Assembly: GCA_963772725.1 (NCBI GenBank)
Contig: CAVYYI010000004.1
Span: 192,001-256,000, forward strand
Source of the DNA: an uncultured Phycisphaerales bacterium
GTDB taxonomy: Bacteria > Planctomycetota > Phycisphaerae > Sedimentisphaerales > Anaerobacaceae
Reading direction: 5' to 3'
DNA length: 64,000 nucleotides
This document shows, in pieces, positions 20,873-30,911 of this stretch. Numbering within the stretch: the stretch's first letter is position 1; every line of letters begins with the position of its first letter. Under the pieces are notes generated by a model. The model did not search any database, was not told the origin of the DNA, and was given only the letters and a program-made list of their open reading frames with translations. Both the position numbers and the translations under genes were made by a program.

Positions 20873-21800
20873 AGTGAAGGAGGCACAAAAAATTCTCAAG
20901 GCATTAGGTTTGCCGCCCGAACAGCAAAACGAAATGGCGGCACTGACACTTCTTGCTTTAGCCGGCGTTAAACCGAAAGACCTCTGGAAAAATTCAATAA
21001 GAGAAAGTCAAACTGTAACAAAAGGCATTATGGCTTTTGCCGCGATATATTATCGTAAAAAATATGCCCCTAATACGAGAGAAACTTTCAGAAGGCATGT
21101 TCTTCATCAATTTGTTCAGGCTGGCATTGCGGATTATAATCCCGATAATCCTTCGCTTCCTACAAACAGCCCCAACGCTCATTATGCAATATCAGAAGCA
21201 GCTCTTTCTGTTATTCAAAAGTGGGGTACTGACGGATGGGAAGCCGCATGTAAAAAGTTTATAAAACAGCATGGCAGTCTGGTTGAGTTATATCGTAACA
21301 AGAGAAATATTGCTATGGTTCCAGTACGTTTGCCCAATGGGGAAGTTTTAGAATTATCTCCCGGTGAGCATAATGAAATACAGGCAGCGGTTATAAAGGA
21401 ATTTGCCCCGCGTTTTGCCGGTACCCCTAAATTGCTTTATCTGGGAGATACGGCAAAAAAGAATCTTGTTATTGACGATAGCAGTTTCAAAAAATTGAAT
21501 GTATCCATAAGCGAACATAGTAAACTTCCAGATATTGTTTTATACGATGACAAACGTAACTGGCTTTTCTTGATTGAAGCGGTTACTTCACATGGCCCGA
21601 TGTCGCCTAAAAGGGTTGTCGAACTTAGAAAAATGTTTTCCGATTGCCCTGCGGGTCTTGTGTTTGTCAGTGCTTTTTTAAGTTTTGATCAGTTTCGTAA
21701 ACACCTCAAAGATATAGCGTGGGAAACGGAAGTTTGGATAGCTGAAATTCCCGACCACCTTATTCACTACAATGGAGATAAGTTTTTAGGGCCGCGTTGA
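20865..21800 (+). CDS. BsuBI/PstI family type II restriction endonuclease
   Basis: YAPNTRETFRR, LSPGEHN, KLPD..WLFLIEAVTSHGP and IAWETEVW motifs. Confidence 0.93.
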   Translation: MSKVKEAQKILKALGLPPEQQNEMAALTLLALAGVKPKDLWKNSIRESQTVTKGIMAFAAIYYRKKYAPNTRETFRRHVLHQFVQAGIADYNPDNPSLPTNSPNAHYAISEAALSVIQKWGTDGWEAACKKFIKQHGSLVELYRNKRNIAMVPVRLPNGEVLELSPGEHNEIQAAVIKEFAPRFAGTPKLLYLGDTAKKNLVIDDSSFKKLNVSISEHSKLPDIVLYDDKRNWLFLIEAVTSHGPMSPKRVVELRKMFSDCPAGLVFVSAFLSFDQFRKHLKDIAWETEVWIAEIPDHLIHYNGDKFLGPR

Positions 21801-21829
21801 TAATATTGGCAAACCTGTACAGGTTTAGC

Positions 21830-23447
21830 TTATTTTCCGCGGACAATTTCGATATGCTTTTTGAAATTTTTGTTGTCGGGTGACGGGAAATCGCTTCTGA
21901 AATGTACGCCTCGGCTTTCTTTTCGCATTTGCGCCGCTTGTGCCATCAGCAGGGCGGTTGTGAGCATGTTCTGAAGTTCCCAGCCTTGCGGTGAATCAAA
22001 AATCTTATCCATAACATATCTCTGCCAGAACCTGATAATCTCCTGTGCTTCGGTGAGCGGCTGGTCTTTTCGAGTGATACCGACATTTCGCCACATCAGG
22101 CCCGCAGTGAGTTCCTTACGTCAATAGTATCGAGTCTTGTGCGGTCGGATTGCGGGATTTGGTAATGTAAAGATGGATGCCTTAAGTGAGAAGCCTCTGT
22201 TTTTATATGTGCAGAGGCGGCCTGCCCGGCGATTCTGCCGAAAACAAGTCCCTCAAGAAGCGAATTACTGGCGAGGCGATTTGCGCCGTGCAGGCCTGTG
22301 GCGGCTATTTCTCCGCAGGCGTAAAGATTTTTAATGCTTGTCCTGGCGGAAGCGTTTGTTTTTACACCGCCGACCATATAGTGTGCGCTTGGTCGCACCG
22401 GAATCAGGTCTTTGCTGATATCAATATCGAAGCTTTCGCACAATTCATTTATCGCCGGGAACCTTTGTGCGAATTGTTCTTTATCGAAGTGGCGGGCGTT
22501 CGAGATAAACGTGCGTTGAATTTGTTTTGAGCATTTGTGAAAGTATCGCCCGACTTACGATGTCCCGTGGGGCAAGCTCTCCCGATTCGTGGTAGTCTTT
22601 CATAAAGCGGTAGCCATTACAATCCACAAGGATACCGCCCTCACCGCGAAGAGCCTCGGTTATCAAGGCGCGTGAAGCACCGGCGATATACAATGTCGTG
22701 GGGTGAAACTGCATAAATTCAAGATCCTGCAGCACAGCGCCTGCACGATAAGCCATTGCGATGCCGTCACCAGTAGCGACATCAGGATTGGTTGTTTCAC
22801 GATAAAGCTGGCCTGCCCCGCCGGTCGCGAGGATTGTGTTGGCAGCCCAGATAATCTGGTACCCCCTATGCTTGTCGAATCCGATTACTCCTACGCAGTC
22901 ATTATTATTGTTGACGAGTAAATCAATGACGAAGAAATTTTCAATTATTCTAATTTTGGAATTTTGGGTCGCTGTTTTTATAAGGGTTTGAGCGATAATA
23001 CGGCCGGTCTCATCGCCATGGGCGTGGGCAATACGCGGATGGCTGTGGCCTCCTTCAAGAGCGGTGGCGATGTGACTGTTGTTTCTGTCGAACTCCGCAC
23101 CCCAGTTGACGAGCTGCTCGAATAAGCTCGGGTCCGTTTCGCACGACCATCTCGACGGTTTTTTCGTCGCATATTCCGCAGCCTGTCTTGAGCGTGTCAG
23201 CTATATGTGATTCAAAAGTATCGGTTTTAGCCAGTACTGTGGCGATGCCTCCCTGAGCTTTCCATGTATTGCTGTTTTCGAGAGTGTCTTTGCAGACGAT
23301 TAGGACGTTGCAGCGATTTGCGGCTTCAATAGCTGCGCGAAGGCCGGCTATGCCTGAGCCTATAACAAGGCAATCGGTGAATAACTGATGCGTCGCAATA
23401 GTGTCAATATTTACAAGATAACGCCTGAATTCCGCCTGAGCAGTCAT
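21830..23447 (-). CDS. nadB: L-aspartate oxidase (about three frameshifts)
   Basis: [48 protein letters not shown] and ESRGVHFR, across ORFs 23055-23447, 22481-22756, 22096-22443 and 21830-22096. Confidence 0.93.
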
Positions 23448-23624
23448 AAAATTTTCTGTTCCTTATTTTTGTAACCAAAGTTCGTAAAGCCGCCCTTTTA
23501 TTAAACCACAAATGAACACGAATAAACACAAAAAAATGGATAGGATAGCAGCGCGTTCATTCGTTAATATATCTGCGATAAAAATTTGTTGCAGGAAAGG
23601 TCTGAAAAAGCGATTATTAGAGAT

Positions 23625-24275
23625 ATGGAAGCTGAAGATTTTTACAAAGTGCGCAAAGCTATGGTCAAACTTGACCTGCAGGACAGGGGCATAAACGACC
23701 TTTACGTATTAAAGGCGATGGGTGAGATTCCACGCGAGGAATTTATCTCTGGAACTTATCAATCTCAGGCTTATGCCGATGGTCCGCTGCCTATCGGTTG
23801 CGGCCAGACTATTTCCCAGCCTTATATTGTCGCCCTGATGACGCAGGAACTCAAACTTAACCGAAACTGTGAGGTTCTCGAAATCGGCACAGGCAGCGGC
23901 TATCAGACGGCGATTTTGAGCAAGATCGCGAAAAAAGTTTATACAGTTGAGCGATTTGCCCAGTTGTCGGAATCGGCGCAGGCGGTTTTAGGCCGACTGA
24001 AAATCGACAACGTCGAATTTTACATTGGTGACGGCAGTAACGGCTGGCCGGAGAAACGCACTTTCGATAGAATTATTATTACCGCAGGTGTCCCCGAAAT
24101 GCCCTCGCCTTTAGCAACTCAGCTTGCCGATGGCGGCCTGATAATCGCGCCGGTAGGGGGGATAGGTTCGCAGGTTTTAACTATCGGCAGAAAAAAGGCC
24201 AAAGGACTTATCGAAAAAATAATCTGCGATGTACGTTTTGTCAAACTCATCGGCGAACACGGATTTAAAGAGTAA
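23625..24275 (+). CDS. pcm: Protein-L-isoaspartate O-methyltransferase
   Basis: GQTISQPYIVA, VLEIGTGSGYQ and FDRIIITA motifs. Confidence 0.95.
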   Translation: MEAEDFYKVRKAMVKLDLQDRGINDLYVLKAMGEIPREEFISGTYQSQAYADGPLPIGCGQTISQPYIVALMTQELKLNRNCEVLEIGTGSGYQTAILSKIAKKVYTVERFAQLSESAQAVLGRLKIDNVEFYIGDGSNGWPEKRTFDRIIITAGVPEMPSPLATQLADGGLIIAPVGGIGSQVLTIGRKKAKGLIEKIICDVRFVKLIGEHGFKE

Positions 24276-24449
24276 ACCAAGGATTTTTTAGACACGGATT
24301 TACACGGATTAACACTGATAAAAAGCAAGAAGTAAAAAGAAAAATAGAATGCTAATCCTGTAATCCCTCCTGATTTTCTTGTGTCCATTCGTGTTTATTC
24401 GTGGTTAATTTCTTTTGTTATGGTGTCATTTCGGGATTATAATAACGGT

Positions 24450-26531
24450 ATGACTCAAAAGGATAAGATTGATTTAGCGATGCCGGTGCAGTATCTCAAG
24501 GGCGTTGGGCCGGCAAGAGCGGCGGTCTTTGAGCAGCTTGGCGTTAAGACCGTCGGGGATTTGCTTGAGTATTTTCCCCGAGACTGGAACTTTTTCGCGA
24601 CGCCGATAAAAATAAAGGATGTGCAGCCCAACGAGATTGTCAGCGTAATCGGGCAGGTGGAATCGACGGATTTTCAGAATTTTCGCAGGCCGCCGATTTT
24701 TGAAATTATGCTGGCTGATGACACAGATGTGTGCAGAGTCATCTGGTTTAACGGAAGCTATCTCACTAAGCAGATAAAGGTCGGCCAGGTGATTATGGTT
24801 TCGGGAAAGGCCGCGGTGTATAAACATAACCTGCAGATTACGAATCCGAAGTTTGTTGTAATTGAGCAGGAGGATTTTAATGCGGAGGAATATTTCGGCG
24901 GGGGCGTTTATCCTGCGACGGCCAAACTGACAAGCAGAAGAATCAAGCAGGTAATTAAGCCTGTTCTTGATAATATTGATGTTTTGATAGACGAGTTTTA
25001 TGATAAAAACTTTTTAAAAGATACACTTCTGGTCGGCAGGAAAGACGCTTTTCGATGGATACATCTGCCGCCTGATGAAGAAAAACTGGCTCAGGCAAAA
25101 CGCAGGCTTAAATACGATGAATTATTTCTGATGCAGCTTGGTCTGGCGCTTCGGCGATATAAAACACAGCATTTTTCTTCCGCGATACCAATGTCATGCG
25201 ATGAGAAAATCGATTCGAGAATCAGGAAGCGTTTCCCGTTCCTGCTTACCGAGGACCAGGACAAAGTGATAAGTGAAATTGCCGCGGATATGGGAAAAAC
25301 TCAGCCGATGAATCGGCTTTTGCAGGGTGACGTCGGTTCAGGTAAAACGGTTGTGGCTCTTTACGCGGCTCTGCTTGCAGTCGCGAATAAAACGCAGGTC
25401 GCGATTATGGCTCCTACGGAAATTCTCGCCGGCCAGCATTTTCTCAGTATTGAAAGATATTTGAAAGGCAGCAACGTCAAAAGGGTATTGATAACCGGCG
25501 GCCTGACCGGTAAAAAGAGAACTGAGCTTCTTGAGCAGATAAAAAGCGGCCAAATCAATATAGTTGTCGGAACGGTGGCGTTACTGCAGAAAGATATAGA
25601 GTTTCAAAAACTTGGATTGGCTATTATAGATGAGCAGCATAAATTCGGCGTCGAGCAGAGGTGGTTATTGCGAAAAGACGCCTCTCCGCACAGCCTGGTT
25701 ATGACCGCCACGCCTATTCCTCGCACGCTTGCGATGACCGCTTTCGGCGACCTCGATATTTCGATTATAAAACATTCGCCGCCCGGCAGAGGGAAAATAA
25801 TTACCAGATGGGTTGACCGCGGAAATCAGCGAAAGGCCGAAGAGTTCATCCGCGGACACCTCAAGGCCGGCCGTCAGGCCTATTTTGTTTATCCGAGAAT
25901 TACCGGCCTCGAAGCTGACAACGATATCAAGGCCGCGACAGATGAATGGCATAAGCTCTCGAAAGTGGTTTTTCCGGAATTTAATGTAAAACTTTTGCAC
26001 GGCCAGATGCCTTCCGATGCAAAGCAGAAGATTATGGATGAATTTCGCAGAGGTAAAATCAATGTACTTGTTTCAACGCAGGTGATAGAGGTCGGCGTTG
26101 ACGTTCCTAATGCCACGATAATGGTTATCGAAGAAGCTGACAGGTTCGGCATAGCGCAGCTGCACCAGCTAAGGGGACGCATCGGCAGGGGCAGTATCAC
26201 ATCATACTGTTTGCTTTTTGCTGAAACTGAAACTGAGCCTGCCAAAACAAGACTCGATATAATGACCCGGAGCAATGACGGTTTTGAAATTGCTGAATAC
26301 GACCTGAAACTTCGCGGGCCGGGTGAATTATTCAGCACGCGTCAGCACGGTTTGCCGGATTTGAAAATAGCCAATATCATCGACGATTATGACCTGCTGA
26401 TTATGGCCAGGAAAAACGCTTTTGGGCTTGTCGCTCGTGACCCGATGCTGATTATGCCGCAGCATAAAAATATCCGCCAGGCTTTGCTTGCCAAATTCGG
26501 CGACTCCCTCGGTTTGGCAGACGTAGCATAA
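24450..26531 (+). CDS. recG: ATP-dependent DNA helicase RecG
   Basis: [24 protein letters not shown] and [12 protein letters not shown] motifs. Confidence 0.97.
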   Translation: MTQKDKIDLAMPVQYLKGVGPARAAVFEQLGVKTVGDLLEYFPRDWNFFATPIKIKDVQPNEIVSVIGQVESTDFQNFRRPPIFEIMLADDTDVCRVIWFNGSYLTKQIKVGQVIMVSGKAAVYKHNLQITNPKFVVIEQEDFNAEEYFGGGVYPATAKLTSRRIKQVIKPVLDNIDVLIDEFYDKNFLKDTLLVGRKDAFRWIHLPPDEEKLAQAKRRLKYDELFLMQLGLALRRYKTQHFSSAIPMSCDEKIDSRIRKRFPFLLTEDQDKVISEIAADMGKTQPMNRLLQGDVGSGKTVVALYAALLAVANKTQVAIMAPTEILAGQHFLSIERYLKGSNVKRVLITGGLTGKKRTELLEQIKSGQINIVVGTVALLQKDIEFQKLGLAIIDEQHKFGVEQRWLLRKDASPHSLVMTATPIPRTLAMTAFGDLDISIIKHSPPGRGKIITRWVDRGNQRKAEEFIRGHLKAGRQAYFVYPRITGLEADNDIKAATDEWHKLSKVVFPEFNVKLLHGQMPSDAKQKIMDEFRRGKINVLVSTQVIEVGVDVPNATIMVIEEADRFGIAQLHQLRGRIGRGSITSYCLLFAETETEPAKTRLDIMTRSNDGFEIAEYDLKLRGPGELFSTRQHGLPDLKIANIIDDYDLLIMARKNAFGLVARDPMLIMPQHKNIRQALLAKFGDSLGLADVA

Positions 26532-26673
26532 CTTTTAATAAATTGACACAAAATCAATAATGCAAAATTGAAATAGGAGGTAGCAGTCTTTAATAATATA
26601 TGATATTATTAAAGAATTGGAAGGTTTGGTTATTAGCCGGTTGTTTAATATGGGAAGTGTCAGGTAAAAGATT

Positions 26674-27048
26674 ATGAGGCCTAAAATCAAAGTGATTATA
26701 AGTCTTTTAGGTGCCGTGTTTTTTATATTTTACGGTGTATATCAGACAATTAACCATGCTTCGCAAACAAATGCATTCGCTCTTGATGCTTTTTTATCTT
26801 TTATCATATTTACTGCTTTTATTTTTAGTGTCATTACGAAAGACATAAAGATATGTCAGAGTATTTTTATTACATGGACAATTGCTTGTGTTTTATTTTT
26901 TTGCTATCTCTTCTGTTCTCGCTTTTTAGGAAACAAATATTCAAATAGCCCTCGTGAGGTTTTATTTGTGACATTGCTTGATGGGGGTATATGGGGTCTT
27001 GAAGTATTTATTTTATGGCTTGGACTTAATGGTCTTAAAAAGGCCTAA
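26674..27048 (+). CDS. AT-rich small membrane protein
   Basis: Four hydrophobic segments. Confidence 0.55.
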   Translation: MRPKIKVIISLLGAVFFIFYGVYQTINHASQTNAFALDAFLSFIIFTAFIFSVITKDIKICQSIFITWTIACVLFFCYLFCSRFLGNKYSNSPREVLFVTLLDGGIWGLEVFILWLGLNGLKKA

Positions 27049-27092
27049 AAAGATTGAATAAATATGGCCTCAATGGTTAATTAAGAAAGAGA

Positions 27093-28109
27093 TTATGTCA
27101 GTTTTCGATATTGTCGCAGCATATCGAGGAGGTTCTGCATATCCGGAGGCAGGGGGGCTTCGAATGTGACTAATTCTCCTGTTGTGGGGTGTTTAAATTC
27201 GAGTAAGCGAGCATGCAGGGCGACGCGGCTTATAATCGGCTCTTCCGCCGCTGGTTCGGTGTTTTTGAGCTGCCAGGGATAGACAAGTTTTCCGCCATAC
27301 ATATCATCAGCCACAACCGGATGTTTAAGGTAAGAAAGATGCACGCGAATCTGATGTGTTCTGCCGGTTTTGATTCTTAACTGCAAAAGAGAAAATCCGC
27401 GGAAGGCCTCTATAACCTCATAAAAAGTTATCGCTTCCTTTCCGGAATAGGGGCGGGCAGCGTATTTTTCTCTGATTTTGGGATGGACGCCGAGAGGAAC
27501 ATTTATGCAATCGGCGGTCAGCTCAGGGCAGCCGTGAACGATTGCCATATAAATTTTCCGCGTTTGGCGGTTTTCAAATTGTTTGGCTATTTTCCATTGT
27601 GCTACATCGTTTTTGGTAATGACCATAACCCCAGTGGTGTTTTTATCAAGCCGGTGGACAATTCCAGGTCGAAATTCACCGAGTCCTGTGGATAGTTCAT
27701 CAGAATAATGCACCAGTGCGTTAACAATAGTGCCGTGAGTTTTTCCGCGTGCGGGATGGACGATTATGTTCTGCTGTTTATTTATGACGATAATGTCGGA
27801 GTCTTCATAGATAACGTTGAGGGGTATATCTTCGGCTAAAATTTCTTTTTCAGGCAGTTCGGGCAGCGTTAGTTCTATTGTATCGCCGGGATTTAATTGG
27901 GTGCTTGGCTTTGCGGTTTTGCCGTTAACTTTGGCGCCGCCGGCCTTAATTACTTCCTGAATCATAACCCTGCTGTAATTGCCGAATCGTCCGTGGAGAT
28001 ATTTGTTGAGCCGCCGTTCTTTGACGGACGCTCCGACCTGAAGCGTTGTTGTCGCGGAGATACTGCCGCCCTTATCTGTTGAAGAAAGCTGGCTTGAATT
28101 TTGCTCCAT
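27093..28109 (-). CDS. rluD: RluA/RluD family pseudouridine synthase
   Basis: S4 domain, RPGIVHRLDKNTTG and TGRTHQIRVH. Confidence 0.92.
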   Translation of the reverse strand: MEQNSSQLSSTDKGGSISATTTLQVGASVKERRLNKYLHGRFGNYSRVMIQEVIKAGGAKVNGKTAKPSTQLNPGDTIELTLPELPEKEILAEDIPLNVIYEDSDIIVINKQQNIIVHPARGKTHGTIVNALVHYSDELSTGLGEFRPGIVHRLDKNTTGVMVITKNDVAQWKIAKQFENRQTRKIYMAIVHGCPELTADCINVPLGVHPKIREKYAARPYSGKEAITFYEVIEAFRGFSLLQLRIKTGRTHQIRVHLSYLKHPVVADDMYGGKLVYPWQLKNTEPAAEEPIISRVALHARLLEFKHPTTGELVTFEAPLPPDMQNLLDMLRQYRKLT

Positions 28110-28124
28110 AATAACCGCTAAGGA

Positions 28125-28934
28125 TTATTTTCCCGGCACATTGATGGCGTTGACTTCGGGTTTGACTATCGTTGTCGCGGGTGCATTCTCGATTGTCGGC
28201 CCCAGGGGAGCGTCAGGTTTTATCATTGGAGCAGTTGCCGGGGCAGGTGCAGGTTTGGGCGGCGGAAGGAAAGTAATTTTTTTCTGATAATCCGCCAGTT
28301 CGGGAAGTCTTTGTTTAGCCTGAACAGAAGCGACCGTACCTGCCAGCGAAGAATCCGCGACAATGTCCTTATAAATATTTGCGGCTTCAGCGAATTTGCC
28401 GAGTTCTTCCTCGCAAAGGCCCAGACCGTATTTTGCCGCCCCTCTTAACGAAGGATTATCTGTCGATTTCAGTATAGCCTGGCTGTAGCTTTCTTTTGCC
28501 TTGGCTATCTGAGTTGTTAATTCCGTCTCAGGGACTGCTTCACGCCGATAGTGCATTTCGGCCCGAATAGTTTCCGCATATTTTATCAGGGCTAATGCAC
28601 CCATATCGTTATTTTTCGTACTTTGACCCAAACTGCCGAGTTTATTCATTGGGTCAATAAAAGCATACGAAATGTCGATTTCACGAGCCTGGGGGTTGAG
28701 AACCGCAGTTTTAACCTGCATAACCTGGGTTAGAAGGTTTGTAAAATCGACCTGTTTCTGAACTTCTACTACATTCTTTTCATACTTTTTGTAAATATAC
28801 ACGCCGACAACCAGAACAATTACTATTGAAACGTAAATAATCGTTCTTAGGTTTTCCTGTATCCACTCAGGAAAGTTCATTAACCATTCGGCCAATTCAT
28901 TGGTTTTAAGTTCGTGTCGATGTTCAGATTTCAT
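28125..28934 (-). CDS. Membrane-anchored TPR protein (YfgM-like)
   Basis: MKSEHRHELKTNEL, one TM segment and TPR-like helices. Confidence 0.65.
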   Translation of the reverse strand: MKSEHRHELKTNELAEWLMNFPEWIQENLRTIIYVSIVIVLVVGVYIYKKYEKNVVEVQKQVDFTNLLTQVMQVKTAVLNPQAREIDISYAFIDPMNKLGSLGQSTKNNDMGALALIKYAETIRAEMHYRREAVPETELTTQIAKAKESYSQAILKSTDNPSLRGAAKYGLGLCEEELGKFAEAANIYKDIVADSSLAGTVASVQAKQRLPELADYQKKITFLPPPKPAPAPATAPMIKPDAPLGPTIENAPATTIVKPEVNAINVPGK

Positions 28935-29066
28935 TTTTGCTCCATTTTTCTTAATATAATAATAGAGTACATTCAGAAACCTGCATTTTAACACAACTTA
29001 TTTTGTCTTGCAATGCCCCTGTTTGTTTATTAAAATTTTAATTTACCGTATATTGAAAGGGCGTAA

Positions 29067-30899
29067 ATGTTAAAATGTTTTGGCAGAATGCCGCAAATAA
29101 CAATTCTATTTTTCATAGCTGTCTCAATTGTCCATGTTTGTGTTGGCGGAGTTCCGTTAGATAAGAGTAAATATATCACTATTGACGAAATCAAGCCCGG
29201 GATGAAGGCGTGGTGTCTTACGATATTTAAAGGAACGGAGATTGAGAAGTTCGATATGGATGTTGTTGATGTAATACGCAATGCCAGACCCGGGGGCGGG
29301 GAGGGCCCTGGCAGCAGGGATGTAATCCTGGTAAAGGGTACAGACGAGAGATTTATTCATACCGGCCCGATTGCCGGATGCAGCGGCTCACCCGTTTATA
29401 TTGAAGGGCGGTTGGCGGGAGCGCTTGCTTTCGGCTGGTCTTTTAGCAAAGACCCGCTGTATGGCGTTACACCAATAGCCGATATGCTTGACTGCGGTCT
29501 AAGCGGTTCAGATGCGTGCATTTCGCCGAGGGCATTCGCGTTTGATTTTTCCAAGCCGATAAATTTCGCAGATATTGACAGGCAGATTGAGGATTGCCTT
29601 GCATCGAAATCTGCTGCTGTTGGGGGTATGACAGCTTTACCCTGTCCATTGGTTACATCGGGTATTCCGGCGGAGGTTTGTGAAAATCTTAATGACGTGT
29701 TTAAGCCGATGGGATTTATGGCGGTAACCGGTGTAAGCGGAGAATCCGAAAGTAAGGATGCTAAAGATGTTAAGCTGGCTCCCGGCGCCTGCCTGGCGGT
29801 ACCACTGGTTAGCGGCGATGTAAAAATGACCCTTATGGGAACGGTAACAGATGTTGTTGGGGATAAAGTTTACGGGTTCGGCCACGGTTTTCTCGGATAC
29901 GGCAAGGTCAATTTACCGATGGCAACCGGTCGGATTCACACTGTTGTTTCGAATCTTATTACTTCCTTTAAGCTCGGCAGCCCGCTTGAAACGGTCGGGG
30001 TACTGAATGTTGATGGCGCTACCGGCGTCGTCGGGCAAATCGGCGCTGAACCGGAAATGATTCCATTAACGATTAAAGTCAGCCGCTATAATGTTCCTGC
30101 CGAACATGTATATAATTGTAAAATTGTTGTTAATAAGATGCTTACTCCGATGGTACTTGGCGGGGCAGTCAGCAGTGCCGTATTTATGTCCGGTTCATTG
30201 CCGCCGGAAAACACAGTTGAGTATAAGGCGGCCTTTAATGTCGAAGGTTTTGAGCCGGTTGTTTTTGAAAATGTTTCAACATCTGTTGGAATCGCGGAAA
30301 TGACAACTGAAAGCGTCGGTTCGACAGCGTTATTATTAAACAATCCATATAAAAAGGTCGATATAAAGTCGATTGATATTGATGTTCATGTGGCTGCAAA
30401 AAATATTACCTCACATATATGGTCTGCAGATTTATCCCAATCGAAGATTAAGCCGGGGCAGACGGTAAAGGTTTCGGTAATTCTTGAATCTTATCTTGCG
30501 GACAAAAAAAGGTATGAATATGACCTGAAAATCCCCGACACTCTCGCGGAGGGCAGATACGATTTGATAATTACCGGTCGCGATGGTTATCTCGAATTTC
30601 TCAGGCAGTCGGTTCCGCACAGGTTTATTCCGCAGGATACGGAATCCCTTATATGCGCGATAAACGATATTCTTCGTGCGAACAGAGGCGAACTTTATGG
30701 TCTTTTAGTTTTGCCTCCGGGCGGGATTATTCTCGAAAAGGCGGAACTGCCGGACCTGCCGCCCACAAGGTCGCTGATTCTTCAGGATGCCAAAAGGGCG
30801 ATTACCGCCCAGCCTTATAACCATTGGCTCGAAAACACCGTCAAGACAGGCGTAATCGTTGCCGACAGAAAAACTATGAGCATAACAGTTGAAAGATAA
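29067..30899 (+). CDS. SpoIVB peptidase S55 domain protein, exported
   Basis: IKPGMK, IAGCSGSPVYIEGRLAGALA, VTPI and FGHGF motifs; signal peptide. Confidence 0.85.
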   Translation: MLKCFGRMPQITILFFIAVSIVHVCVGGVPLDKSKYITIDEIKPGMKAWCLTIFKGTEIEKFDMDVVDVIRNARPGGGEGPGSRDVILVKGTDERFIHTGPIAGCSGSPVYIEGRLAGALAFGWSFSKDPLYGVTPIADMLDCGLSGSDACISPRAFAFDFSKPINFADIDRQIEDCLASKSAAVGGMTALPCPLVTSGIPAEVCENLNDVFKPMGFMAVTGVSGESESKDAKDVKLAPGACLAVPLVSGDVKMTLMGTVTDVVGDKVYGFGHGFLGYGKVNLPMATGRIHTVVSNLITSFKLGSPLETVGVLNVDGATGVVGQIGAEPEMIPLTIKVSRYNVPAEHVYNCKIVVNKMLTPMVLGGAVSSAVFMSGSLPPENTVEYKAAFNVEGFEPVVFENVSTSVGIAEMTTESVGSTALLLNNPYKKVDIKSIDIDVHVAAKNITSHIWSADLSQSKIKPGQTVKVSVILESYLADKKRYEYDLKIPDTLAEGRYDLIITGRDGYLEFLRQSVPHRFIPQDTESLICAINDILRANRGELYGLLVLPPGGIILEKAELPDLPPTRSLILQDAKRAITAQPYNHWLENTVKTGVIVADRKTMSITVER

Positions 30900-30911
30900 C
30901 AGGAGCAGAAA

